A DNA stretch of 62,431 bases, filler included, from Dimargaris cristalligena (Eukaryota), in assembly GCA_003614675.1 (NCBI GenBank). It is 9 parts of 9 records of this genome, joined end to end, with 100 filler letters (N's around TTAATTAATTAA, not from the genome) between each part and the next. Parts side by side here need not be neighbours in the genome. Positions count along the whole stretch, not along the records: positions 34,872 to 41,711 come from ML003478.1; positions 41,812 to 48,638 come from ML003479.1; 7 more parts are not named here. The stretch is one strand, 5' to 3'. Below, piece after piece: positions 37,742-48,738 of this stretch (its first letter is position 1; each line of letters starts with the position of its first letter). The notes beneath the pieces are model-generated. The model was not told the origin of the DNA. It did no database searches and worked only from the letters and a program-made list of their open reading frames with translations. Made by a program: the position numbers and the translations under genes.

Positions 37742-38238
37742 CCAATATCGTGCCTAATAATCAATAGGGTTAAAGCCGATTTATCTTTGCGAAATAAGTA
37801 CCACCATCACCCAGTACCATCAATGGGGCACGAGATTTCCACCGCTGAAGGATCGTCTTCATTCAGCTATTCCCGCCCCTTGATTCATCTATTCCTTATT
37901 ACACCTTCATTATTATCACTCTTTATATCCTATCATCTAGTAGTGTGTTTCAGCATGTTCTGCGCTGCTTTCACGCATTTATTTTCAGTCTGATCGGTTA
38001 TATAAAGCCGAGCGAATTCCGATAGGTATTCTTTAGCTAATCAGCGATTATCCAATCCCTCCTTTTACTAGTAGCCTCGTACTACCAATACCTGCCTCAT
38101 TTATTATCTATAAATCGCCCCTTCGCATCAGCATTTTGTCTTTTATCTTTTGAGACTCACTCTAGACGCAGACCTTCTAGTCGTTACTAGGAATTCTACC
38201 CACGACTATCAACTATCCACGCATACCCAACATCTAAC

Positions 38239-38790
38239 ATGGATATACACAACGACGGCGATGAAGAAACCCCCACCTTTAATCTATATGTGGTGGTATA
38301 TGAAAGCGACGACGGTAGTCAGGATCAGCATGTTTTACTGTTTCGTAGCACAGGCAAAAATGTCTGCGGGATGGTGTATGAACTCAATGGTGATTACGGG
38401 AACTACGTATACCAAAGCTATTTGGATACCGTGAAACGTACTGATATTATTGAGTCCATGGTACTTGTTAAAACGGATATAGAAGACATCGCCCCCCACG
38501 CTACACTAGTACCAGCGAATAATACCAGACCAGCGAATAATTTAACGGATCCAAAGCGGAATCATCGGAATTGTCAGCATTGGGTGGTTGCGGTGTTAGA
38601 GCGGCTATATGCCCACGACGTTATTAATCGGGCGGAAAGAAATGCTGGCATGCATGTTGTACGCCAAGTCATAAGTTACTGGTCCTTCTGGAACAATGAA
38701 CTAATTCATGACCATATAGATCATGATACACGAAAGAATGAAGGTGCTTTATTCTGCTATGACTGCGAAGTATATATAGGCGCTGTATAA
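38239..38790 (+). CDS. 183-aa protein with His...NCQxW motifs (DUF6540-like, permuted papain-fold candidate)
   Basis: LYVVVY...QHVLLF...GMVYELNG...RNCQHWVVAVLERL. Intronless, with TATAAA at ~38109. Confidence 0.65.
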   Translation: MDIHNDGDEETPTFNLYVVVYESDDGSQDQHVLLFRSTGKNVCGMVYELNGDYGNYVYQSYLDTVKRTDIIESMVLVKTDIEDIAPHATLVPANNTRPANNLTDPKRNHRNCQHWVVAVLERLYAHDVINRAERNAGMHVVRQVISYWSFWNNELIHDHIDHDTRKNEGALFCYDCEVYIGAV

Positions 38791-39241
38791 TGGTCTGCCA
38801 ATGACAGTGTGGCCTTCATTGTATAGTGTTTGGTACTGGCCAAATACCAAGTCATAGCCATAATGTGAGCGTGTTCAAAGTCACTGGGCATGGTCAGATT
38901 CATTCCATAGGAAAGCCTTGTATCTTTTTTACCCCGTTCTTTTTGTATCAGCCGATTATTTTTTTTATTCAGCTTTCCAATTCTAGTATCTTATTATATT
39001 TTCCATGACTGTATGATGGCGATTTTAGTATACAATGATCGCCCACTCTGAGGTACCATTTAAGCAATTTCATTTATCTTTTCTTAACCATGGCTCGGAA
39101 ATGCCCAGCCATCTGGTGGATTTCTTCTAGGAATTTTACCAGGCAATCTTTCACTATGAACTATTTTTATATATCCTATCAATATCCGATATGTGGGAGG
39201 CTTGTGAATACCACTGCCCTATGCATCTTCTAGTATTCCAA

Positions 39242-39823
39242 TGTCACCTGGGTTTACCACTCTTAGTCCATTAAGAGTCCTGGGGATAGGCTTCTAACAA
39301 TAAGCAGGGCTTAGACTCAGCCAAGCGGGCTACTAGCATTAGGTATGGGTACAATGCTAACTAATAAAGGATAAGTACAGGTATATGCAAGGGATATGCA
39401 GTGGCATACTTACTAGTTAGACTGAAGGGAGAGTAAGCATATATAGAGTTTATTGGGGGTAAACAAAGGGGCAGAATAAGCTAAGGCCATCTAACTGGTC
39501 CCAATGGGGCCCAGTTATATATACACAGGGGACAACTCTAGAGGGAGGTCCCTGGGGGAAGGTACTACTAAGACTAAGGTATACTAAATAAGCCAACTGG
39601 ACAGTTATGGGGGTCCAGAAGACTTGGGTGGTAACTAGAAGAATCATCAGATCAGCACCAGAGTGAGTGGTATAAACCTAAGAGTCTGGAAGGGGGACAG
39701 TTATGTTGAATAGGGTGAGCCTATAGTGCCGGGGGTGACCATGGGAAGTTATATAGGGTGCTATATAGCCTAGTTGAGACAGATGATCACTATACCCAGA
39801 TTGTAAGATTAGAAAGGCCAACA
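39242..39823. mobile_element. Solo LTR family B
   Basis: TGTCACCTGGG...GGCCAACA; homologous to 31891-32474. Confidence 0.8.
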
Positions 39824-40656
39824 CAATACTCTTTTATTCTTATTTTTCATACATGACCACATATTAGAAGTTAGCTCAGTTTTTCCCTACCATAGGTTTT
39901 TATAATCCATAACTATTAAGGCATTCCATTATTAGTTATAGTTTATTTAGCCTGGTCATCTAGTACTTCTACCCCACCAAATTCCATTGTTGGCTCATTT
40001 GATTTCTTAAACATTTGAATAAATCCTCTTAAAAGCACACTTATTTAACAGCCAATTTTTTCCTAATAATTCCTTTTATTATTATTTTGTTTTATTTTTT
40101 ATATTTTCAGCTCAACCTAATGCCTTTTTATATCAAGTTTTGTATATTTTCTAACCTGATTAGTTGTAGTGAAGCCATTAAGCATCATAATGGATCCCCC
40201 AACACCTGGCCAACCAAAGTCCACTCCAGTCTCTGGTTCCTCAGACCCCAGGTTCAGCATCACCAGCTGGATCAGGATCATTAAACCTAAAGATGTAATT
40301 AATGATGAAACACTGGGTCTCTCCCAAAGCATTAGCATAACTTATCCAAAAAAATAGATTCTCTAATTCTTAGCTGATCTTAATCAAGGCTTTTCATTAG
40401 CCAAATGTCACCATATTACAATTTTTAAACATCAGATACTATAGCACTACTGCCAAAACTCAACAAGAAAGATGTGTATTTTATTGAAGCTGGAGTTAAC
40501 CTAATTGTCAATTGATAGGCCAAGTAAGTTGCATAATGATCTGCCAATTTATATTAGACTTAGAATCTGCTTCAGCTTAATTAGTGGGAATATGGTCTGA
40601 AAATAATTTCTGTGGATCTTATACTGATAGTACCAAATGGGGTACTGTTAATAGCA

Positions 40657-41310
40657 AATATATGCAAGGGATGTGCAGCAGGCACACTTACTAGTCAGTA
40701 CAAGGGAGGTGAGCTTATATAGAGTTTATTGAGATAAACTAAGGGGTAAGAATAAGCTTAGGACTCTAACCAGTCCCAATGGGCCCAGTTATATATATAT
40801 AGGGATAACTCCCAAGGGAGGTCCTAAGGGAAGGATACTACTAAGACTATATAATAAGTAAATAGGCCAACTGGATAGCTGCTGGTATTTGGAAGACTCT
40901 AATAGTAATTGGAAGAGTCTAATAGATAAATAATTAAGTAATTAGTATGAATAAGTGGAGTCCAGAAGGGGAAGGGTTATATAATATAGGATAATCCCAT
41001 AGTACTGGGGGTAACCATGGGAAGGTTAATGTGTTGGTGTAACCACAGATTCTCTCAATGATAATCCAAGATAGACTAAAGATGAAGTTTATTTTAAGAG
41101 ATAGAAGTAGGAAAGAACCACAAGATGAGAATTAAGCTCATTGCAGTGGTATTTATTGAGTGTAGTTTCAACTAATAGGATCACTCAAAATACCTGGTAC
41201 AGTAAATGGTACTTGGGGGGAGATGTAGTCCAACATAATGTGGTACTATAAGGCCTAATAGGGACGGACATCTAAGCTGGCTAGATTAAGGTGGATTAGA
41301 TAGTCTGACA
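40657..41310. mobile_element. Truncated LTR family B copy interrupted by a nested element
   Basis: Family B homology at 40657-41031 resumes at 41236-41310 and ends GTCTGACA. Confidence 0.8.
41032..41235 (-). mobile_element. 204-bp element family C (short solo LTR) with a perfect 5-bp TSD
   Basis: TGTTGG...CCAACA ends flanked by TAATG at 41027-41031 and 41236-41240. Minus-strand ATAAATA and AATAAA. Related copy at ~55770-55930. Confidence 0.85.
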
Positions 41311-41711
41311 TACCAAACCAGCTGATTTGACCCAGGCAACTTTACTCTTCCAGGTTCCTGGAATTGAAACCTTGAGAATAAATTCTACAGTGCCCCATTT
41401 ATCCACCAGGTCATTTCAACCTGAAAACTATTTAGGATGATGCATCCTTCATATACCACATTTAATCTTCCAATATATGCAGGGAAACTACTGACTATAC
41501 ATGGCTGTATACAGGAAGTACTTTTTCCTGAAGGTGCCTGTATAGTGAAACACAGAACACCCAAAGAGGACTTTAATATACTTTTAGTCCAGTACTTGAC
41601 TGACATGCCTGTCCCCACTGTTTATGGAATCTAAGGGGAGTGTATCATTATGGGTAGGGTGCCTGGAACTCTGCTGGACTGGAAAACTACACCATTCTGA
41701 AGAAAAATCAT
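41311..41711 (+). pseudogene. Second, hypermutated copy of the APH-like gene with its upstream region (cut by contig end)
   Basis: Aligns with ~36908-37308. CAA>TAA at 41632-41634 and CGA>TGA at 41698-41700. No CpG remains. Confidence 0.9.
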
Positions 41712-42119
41712 NNNNNNNNNNNNNNNNNNNNNNNNNNNNNNNNNNNNNNNNNNNNTTAATTAATTAANNNNNNNNNNNNNNNNNNNNNNNNNNNNNNNNN
41801 NNNNNNNNNNNGATATAAAAATAGAATGTGATTGAAAAAGGGAATACTATGATTGACTAAGTAGTCTCAGGTCCTACCACAATATGTGTGTTATGATGTT
41901 GGGTAATGTAAATAGTAATAAAATAAAAATATAATAGAAATAATACCCTCGGGTACTCGAAAATAACTAAAACAAAATCAAACTTCCGCAGAAGTGCTAT
42001 CTGGTGAATTCTTCAGCCTCGACTAAAAAGTTGTGTTTATTGATAAGATATTCCACCAAGTATTTATACTAAAACTCGGGGATTATAAATTGGTAGACGT
42101 TTTTAAAGACTAAAGGACT

Positions 42120-42540
42120 AAACTCAGGCTAAATAGTTTTGTTTGTATAACCAAAACAAAAGGAAAGACAAGGGTCTTTGAATTATATCATTGGTTAAAT
42201 ATGGTAAACTATTTATTAGTATTACCAAAACAATAGTGAAAAAGGGAGACTTCGAAATAATAATTGGATGAATAAAAAAGGTTATACTCATTGGTATAAC
42301 CAAAACAACAGCATCAAAAAGATACTCAAACTAATAATTGGCTAGGGCTAAAGTTATACCCGTTGGTATAACAAAAACAAAGGTATAAAAGATATAAACA
42401 AACTTATAATAGGTTAAAGGGATAGCTGATACTTGTTGATAGAGTACAGCAAGGGTATAAATGTAGTACTCAGAAAAATAATCCAAGTAGAAATAAATGT
42501 ATAATCATTGTATAACCATAACAACTATAAAAAGGGAAAA
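42120..42540 (+). repeat. Degenerate tandem repeat, ~6 units of ~72 bp
   Basis: Core (TTG)GTATAACCAAAACAA recurs near 42148, 42221, 42297, 42368, ~42440 and 42512. Confidence 0.6.
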
Positions 42541-43777
42541 CTTAGGCTAGCAGCGCCAATTCTTTGACTAATCACCTAAATATGGATAGTAATTTCAATT
42601 AAAAGAGTAAAAATAAATAGGACAATGCCAAATACTACTATAACCATTTGGCTATATCACAACAAAAAAATTAATTAACTGTACTATAAAATGACTAATA
42701 ATATTACTGCTTATTCTTGGAGCCAGTTAGTACCTATTTACGACATTAGTAGGATAAAGTATGGTTATAATCTATAATATTTTATTACCTATTGACTTGA
42801 AAGTATTGTGCAATGGCAGAAGAATGGTTAGAATAAGAGTTTAAACAGTAATAATCATCTGGTAAAAATCGGTAAAAGAATCAGTTATCTCAAGGGCTAG
42901 AAATAAGGTGTCAAAGTCTGGTTTATTAAAGATGGGTAATTACCCCTTATTTATGTCAGGAAATAAATTAAGGGGTTAGGGTATTCAGTGGCAGTGGAAA
43001 GCAGTAGTTGGTCTTGAAACCATTATTGGGATAACCACTGGTAGTCCTGGGTCACTTGATGTGGTTAGCTGGGAATGTTGGGGACATTGGTGGTGTTACT
43101 AGTTTTGATTGAGTTCTGAATGAGTTTGTTCTAATAAACTCAGTGGCTTAGCTACTGGGGAGGTCATGGGAATATTTGGTACTTGCGGGTTGGGGATTCT
43201 TGCAGGATGACTGGGGAAATCACCGGACCAGTCCTGAGGACATCCTGGTGACCTGGGCCTGGGAATTAGTGCTGCTGAAGTTTGTGGTTATTGGGGAGGC
43301 GGTACAACAAAAGGCTTCCTATTACTACCTAGCATCTTCCACTAGCTGGGATTTCTATTCATAGATGAGACCAGTAGTGTCCCCTATTGTATGGATAGAT
43401 ACCCACATGAGCTATCCCTAATATATCTTAACTTGTATCTGTCATTTATTTGGATATTTGTTTATATACCCATCCCTTTGCCATACCCAGTACTGATGTG
43501 CAGCCATCACTATATTCAATGATCACCCCTTACTACTAATACATACCAGCTGGTGACCATTCTTAGGCCAGTACACTTCTTATCTAATTGACCATGGTGT
43601 GGCACATACATTGTGAACTACTATAGCTGTCCCAGTGGGCATGGTATATAGAATAAAAATAGTCTATATTTATTTTCAGGTGGGAAAACAGTCCCAGATA
43701 AATGGTACTCTTGAGTGGCGATAGGTAAATTAAATGCAAGGGATAGTAGTGGTCAATACTAAAGCCATCTATCAACA

Positions 43778-43919
43778 TATGGGTGAAATTCGGCCCAGCT
43801 GTATAATGGTTTAAATAATATGTATATGGGAAAATATATGGGATATCTATTCTTAACCAGTAATTTTTACTTCATCTAACGGATTTTTTGTTGTACAGTT
43901 TGGTTGAATCTCTCCCATA
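43778..43919 (+). mobile_element. MITE family D (~142 bp)
   Basis: Imperfect ~18-bp TIR TATGGGTGAAATTCGGCC / GGTTGAATCTCTCCCATA with TA at both ends. Confidence 0.8.
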
Positions 43920-44477
43920 TGGAATTGGATGGGAAAGGTGATCAGCTGTAAGGGTGGAATGATTAAAAGACCCCAGTGATGTATTGATTATAATCAACTG
44001 GCATGTCAATAAATATCCCACAAAGATTTTATTTCATGTAGGTTATGAAATGCTGGAAACCCGAATCACAAAATTGACGTGAAAAAATAATCACCAGTAC
44101 TTTGACGATTATTCCCGTATAGGAATTATATAATCTTTATTCGGTATTATAAGTTGCAGGGAAGTCACCAGTCTCTGCCACTGCTATTAATGGCATCACC
44201 AAAGTAGTGTTGCTTTGTGTGTAGACTATCTTATTGGTTTAGGTTTGTAAATACGGGGTGAAGTCGGCCTAGTTGGAATGACACATAATTCTCGAACTAG
44301 GTTTTCAATTCGACCTCCTCACCCAACACACATCATACACCAGTACCCCAGGTTTAACTTGTTTAATAGCTCATATGACTGTTAAGGAAATCTCACATCT
44401 ATACAATTAGTGCATACAAGCCACGTGAGGGGGTTTGTGTACCAGATTTCACACAATAGTATACAAGTGCGTGTTGA

Positions 44478-44619
44478 TATGGGTGAAATTCAGCTCGGCT
44501 GTATAAGGTTTTAATAGATATGTGTATGGGAAAATCGGTGGGATGTTAATTTTCAACCAGTAGTATTTGCCTCATCAAATGGATTTTTCGTTATATAGCC
44601 TTGTTGAACTACTCCCATA
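44478..44619 (+). mobile_element. MITE family D (~142 bp)
   Basis: TATGGGTGAAATTCAGC...GTTGAACTACTCCCATA; same length as 43778-43919. Confidence 0.8.
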
Positions 44620-45592
44620 TATAAGATTCAAAACCATCTGCGATCGTTTCCCCTACACTGTTTCCATTGATCGCCATCAGATATAGTATTTTAGTTGGGG
44701 TGGTAACGTGGGGCAATATTCGTTATAAAGATAATAGGGCATGTGAATCAACACAAACCATGATGGATACTGGTGATCATCAATAATATACCAGACTGTA
44801 GAATATAGCCACGCACAGCCTATGTTTAAGGAAGCAATGATAACTAGTTCGATTAATGGCATACGCCCGGTTCTTCGTGAGAACCGAGAAAAGTTCTATT
44901 GAATAATTTCCTGCTCTTGATAAAATACAAAGAGACATTGGTACACCACAGACCAAATTGTTCAATTTATCACATATTTTTATGGGTTATGGGTTGTAGC
45001 TACGGTTACTTGAGCAAGTTGTGGGCAATGGCACGTCGATCATTGGCAAACTAGATTATAGTGTTAATTTTATGTGTCCTTTGTAACCCGGTAAACTTTA
45101 TCCCCAGTAGGCACGGCTAATCCCAAGCATTGTTATGTCACGACTAATAGTTGAATAATGTGAATTTATTTTAAACAAAACTTTGTAGTGGTTGAATTGC
45201 ACTGCTTCTGTATACCCCAAACAACTATTAGATATACTCCAAATTATATAAATGTGTTATAGCATGACACTGATAAATTATAATAAAACATTACAAATGT
45301 CCATGTAACTGATGGTTTGGGACGAAAAATAATAATAAGTGTGTTTAGGTAGGTACTTTCTAGATTGTTTGACTGACCAATTTTATTGCTGGCTTACAGA
45401 ACTATATATATTAGGTTGGATACCGCCATTATGGCTATTTTCCAAATAAGTAGCCCGTATTCAACATTGTCGCTCACAATATATTTTTACTTACTTTTAC
45501 TGAACTTCCTACCTAGCCCCTTACAACAGTCTATATTTCACTCCACATCCTCGCCCAGCCTCTAATTGGATCCCAGTGACTCCGAATAAATC

Positions 45593-45973
45593 ATGTGGGC
45601 TTTAAGCTTCTCTGGTTCGATGGTTGAATTGAAAGTTGGGGGTAAGTAGGCACTCACATTGTAGGTTTACCTAAAGCACCCTGACTTTGCTCGGATTGTC
45701 GAAACTTTGCTGTCCCTTATTTTACCTACTCGCTGTGGCATTAGGGTGAATTATTTTTTTACATTGCATTCATAACCCAGTCTTTGCCAATATGTAACTA
45801 CACTTACCTTCCATATAGATGGCATCATGTTTGCCCTTCGCAAAACCTCCGCGGCAATACACTTGGCCAAAATAGTCTCCGTCGACGAAGAAAATAAAAC
45901 GGTGACATTATCTGACATTAATGGTAAAAAATGGACCTATGCGCCTACTGAAATCATGGTTATCACCAACTAA
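45593..45973 (+). CDS. Small two-exon protein (67 aa, or 58 aa from the second ATG), SH3/KOW-like beta-barrel candidate (exons 45593-45641, 45819-45973)
   Basis: G|GTAAGT donor and TAG acceptor join in frame: MWALSFSGSMVELKVGDGIMFALRKTSAAIHLAKIVSVDEENKTVTLSDINGKKWTYAPTEIMVITN*. CpGs are retained; TATATATA at ~45404. Confidence 0.65.
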
Positions 45974-46597
45974 CTAGATAAACTCTAATTGACATTGGCG
46001 TTTGGTCGAATATCCTCACATGACCATTAATTGGTACAATTTCCCTACTGGACATGGCATACACCACTTCCTCCTCCATTTAGCATTAGCTTCTCGGCCT
46101 CCATATGATACTAATAAACAGTCGGTTTGTGATTCTTAATATTGGATGTATGGGTGCTATTGGTACCCTTTTAAGAGACTCGGTCAAACAAAAAATTAGA
46201 CAGTTCTTCTGCTGGTAATGCCATAGCCCTTAGGAAATAGTTAATATCTACATATTCTATTGCATGGTATAATATTATATTAGTGAAGCCATTGGCAGCC
46301 CAGCTACTGGATTGAATTTGAATACTAAGAGTAGAGTGGCCAGGGATTCAAGGATTGCAGAACGGATGCAAAGATGCCTTACTGGTTGTTGGACCTTCTA
46401 ATCCCCCACTTTACTCTAAGATATTTTACAATAGCCTTATACCTTTCTATGGCATTATAAATTATCTGACCATAAAATAGTACCTTACCACCACCTTAGA
46501 ATTGATTTAATCTGTATATTTCTGAAGTTTAGGACCTATTACCCCTGCTTCAAATCTTGATTTCCATGTGTTATTTTTAAGAATAAACTATCTGTCC

Positions 46598-47181
46598 ACA
46601 TGGACCTTCTAATCTACCCTAATCCAGCTGGCTTAGTATCTGACCATATTAGGCCTTATAGTGTCATATTAACCTTCCCACAGGTACCCCTAATACTATG
46701 GGATTATCCTATATTATATAACCCCTCCCCTTCTAGACCCCCCCTCTTTACACTAATGACTCAAGTGCTAATCCAAAGGTTCTTCCAGTTACCAGTAGAG
46801 TCTTCCAGATACTTGTAACCATCCAGTTAGCTTATTTACCTATCCTATAGTCTTAGTAATATCTTTCCCTTGGGACCTCCCTCTGGAGTCATCCCCATAT
46901 ATATATAACTGGGCCCCCTTAGGACCAGTTAGATTCCTTAGCTTATTTCTTACCCCCCTAGTTTACTCTAATAAATACTATAGATGCTTACCCCCTCATA
47001 CTAACCCATAAGTGTGCCTGCTGTACATCCCTTGTATAACTGATCACCTAAGCCTTTATTGATTAGTACCATACCTGTACCTGATGCTAGTAGCCCACTT
47101 AGCCAGGTCTAAGCCCCGCCTACTACCAGAAGCCTATCCCTGGGACTCTTGATGGACAAAGAGTGGTAAACCCAGGCAACA
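46598..47181. mobile_element. Solo LTR family B
   Basis: Same orientation as 4395-4977; ends CCCAGGCAACA; left end decayed. Confidence 0.8.
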
Positions 47182-47411
47182 GTACTACAGTTAATTTAGA
47201 AAACTTCTGAAAAAGGTATATAATATCCTTGTTTATATTTAATAATGAATAATATTTGACTAGCTGCAAGGTGACAGTAGTCCCCATTTACATAGTGCTG
47301 TATATTCTTTACATTGGATGTAAAAATTATAGGCTACCAAGAGTGCAGAATCATTTTTGGGGGGAAGAGGATATAAACTGCAATAATGTTACTTATCATT
47401 AGTGTGCCAGA

Positions 47412-48113
47412 TGTATATAATAAGATCTGGCCCAAGGCAGACCTTATACCCAAAAGAGCTATTTAAGATTCTCAATTTGAGATTCTTAATTTAGACTATT
47501 GCCTGGAAGGTAGTGTAGTGAGGTGCCAAATTAGATGGAACTGGAGGAAAGGCTAATTAGTACCTGAAGCCAAGGTAATAAAAAGGGACTTTTTGCCAAG
47601 TACAAGGAATAGGAGAACAGAGAGTAAACTGAGTAGTAGCTAATAGTCACCTGAAGCCAAGGTGGTATTAGTATTCTACAAGGGGATCAAAGGGGTCAAA
47701 TAACAATGTTTAGGAAGTAAGGGGCTAAAGTTGTCTGTCCTTTCAAGGGGCAGACAAAGGGTTTATTTATAGTTTTTTATCTGAGGGGAAATATAGGGAG
47801 AATCAGAGAGGAATGATAGATTAGTTATCAACATAAGAACTTATGCATGTGATAGAACTATAAACTAATCAGACTAGACTTGGCACATGGAAAGGCTTAG
47901 CATAAAATGGGGGACCAATTGATAGGATGGTGGGCTGGTAGTTATGTGAAACATAGCCAGTGGCATGTAAAAACCAATCAGGGAGCTGGTGGCATGTGGT
48001 TCTGTAAAACATGGCTAATGAAATGGAAATGGAGAGAAAAATGGAGAAAGAAAATGTAATGTGGTGTAGGCACCACAGTTGTAAGCTCCCTATCACTGCT
48101 TGTACCCAGTACA
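47412..48113 (-). mobile_element. Candidate decayed LTR (single copy in window)
   Basis: On the minus strand: purine run AGGGGAGG, then TGTACTGGGTACA...TATACA, then TCTGG. Internal TATAAATA and short duplications; CpG-free. Confidence 0.35.
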
Positions 48114-48504
48114 CCTCCCCTATGTACTAAGCCTTCTCCCCTTCTTTAGTACTTTATCAGCTAATATATACATCAGCTATACCATCCCTATCTAGCCCCT
48201 AGTTATAGCTACTATACAATCTTCAAAAAGCATGAAATAGGGTATTCCATATAATAGTGCTAACTAATAGTGTGTTTCAGTCATGCCAGAGTACATATTA
48301 GATGCTAGAAGCAGGCACAGTAGTATAAACATCTGCCTTAGTACAGTTTATACTAGTACCATTTACTGTAAGCTAAATGGTTATTTTTATTACCTGGCCC
48401 CCTATATTTTAATTATTGTTATTAATAATAAAAATTCACCCAAATGGCCTTTGTCTGGCTATATATTAAGGCTTTCTACAATAGCTGTCACCCAAATTAA
48501 CCAC

Positions 48505-48638
48505 TGTGGTGAACTTACCACATTTTTTACCTACTTTTATTTTTAATCCATTTTTCACACTTATCGGAAGTATGCCCCTGACAAGTGAATGAGCCCCTGC
48601 CCCTGACGAGTATGGTCATTTTTCCTCCATTTTCATTA
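48505..48638 (+). mobile_element. LTR family A 5' end at contig end
   Basis: Near-identical to the reverse complement of ~340-475. Confidence 0.8.
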
Positions 48639-48738
48639 NNNNNNNNNNNNNNNNNNNNNNNNNNNNNNNNNNNNNNNNNNNNTTAATTAATTAANNNNNN
48701 NNNNNNNNNNNNNNNNNNNNNNNNNNNNNNNNNNNNNN

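Noticed and set aside
42120-42540. CRISPR-like array
   Set aside because: Eukaryotic context, degenerate repeats, intervening sequences similar to one another, no cas genes.
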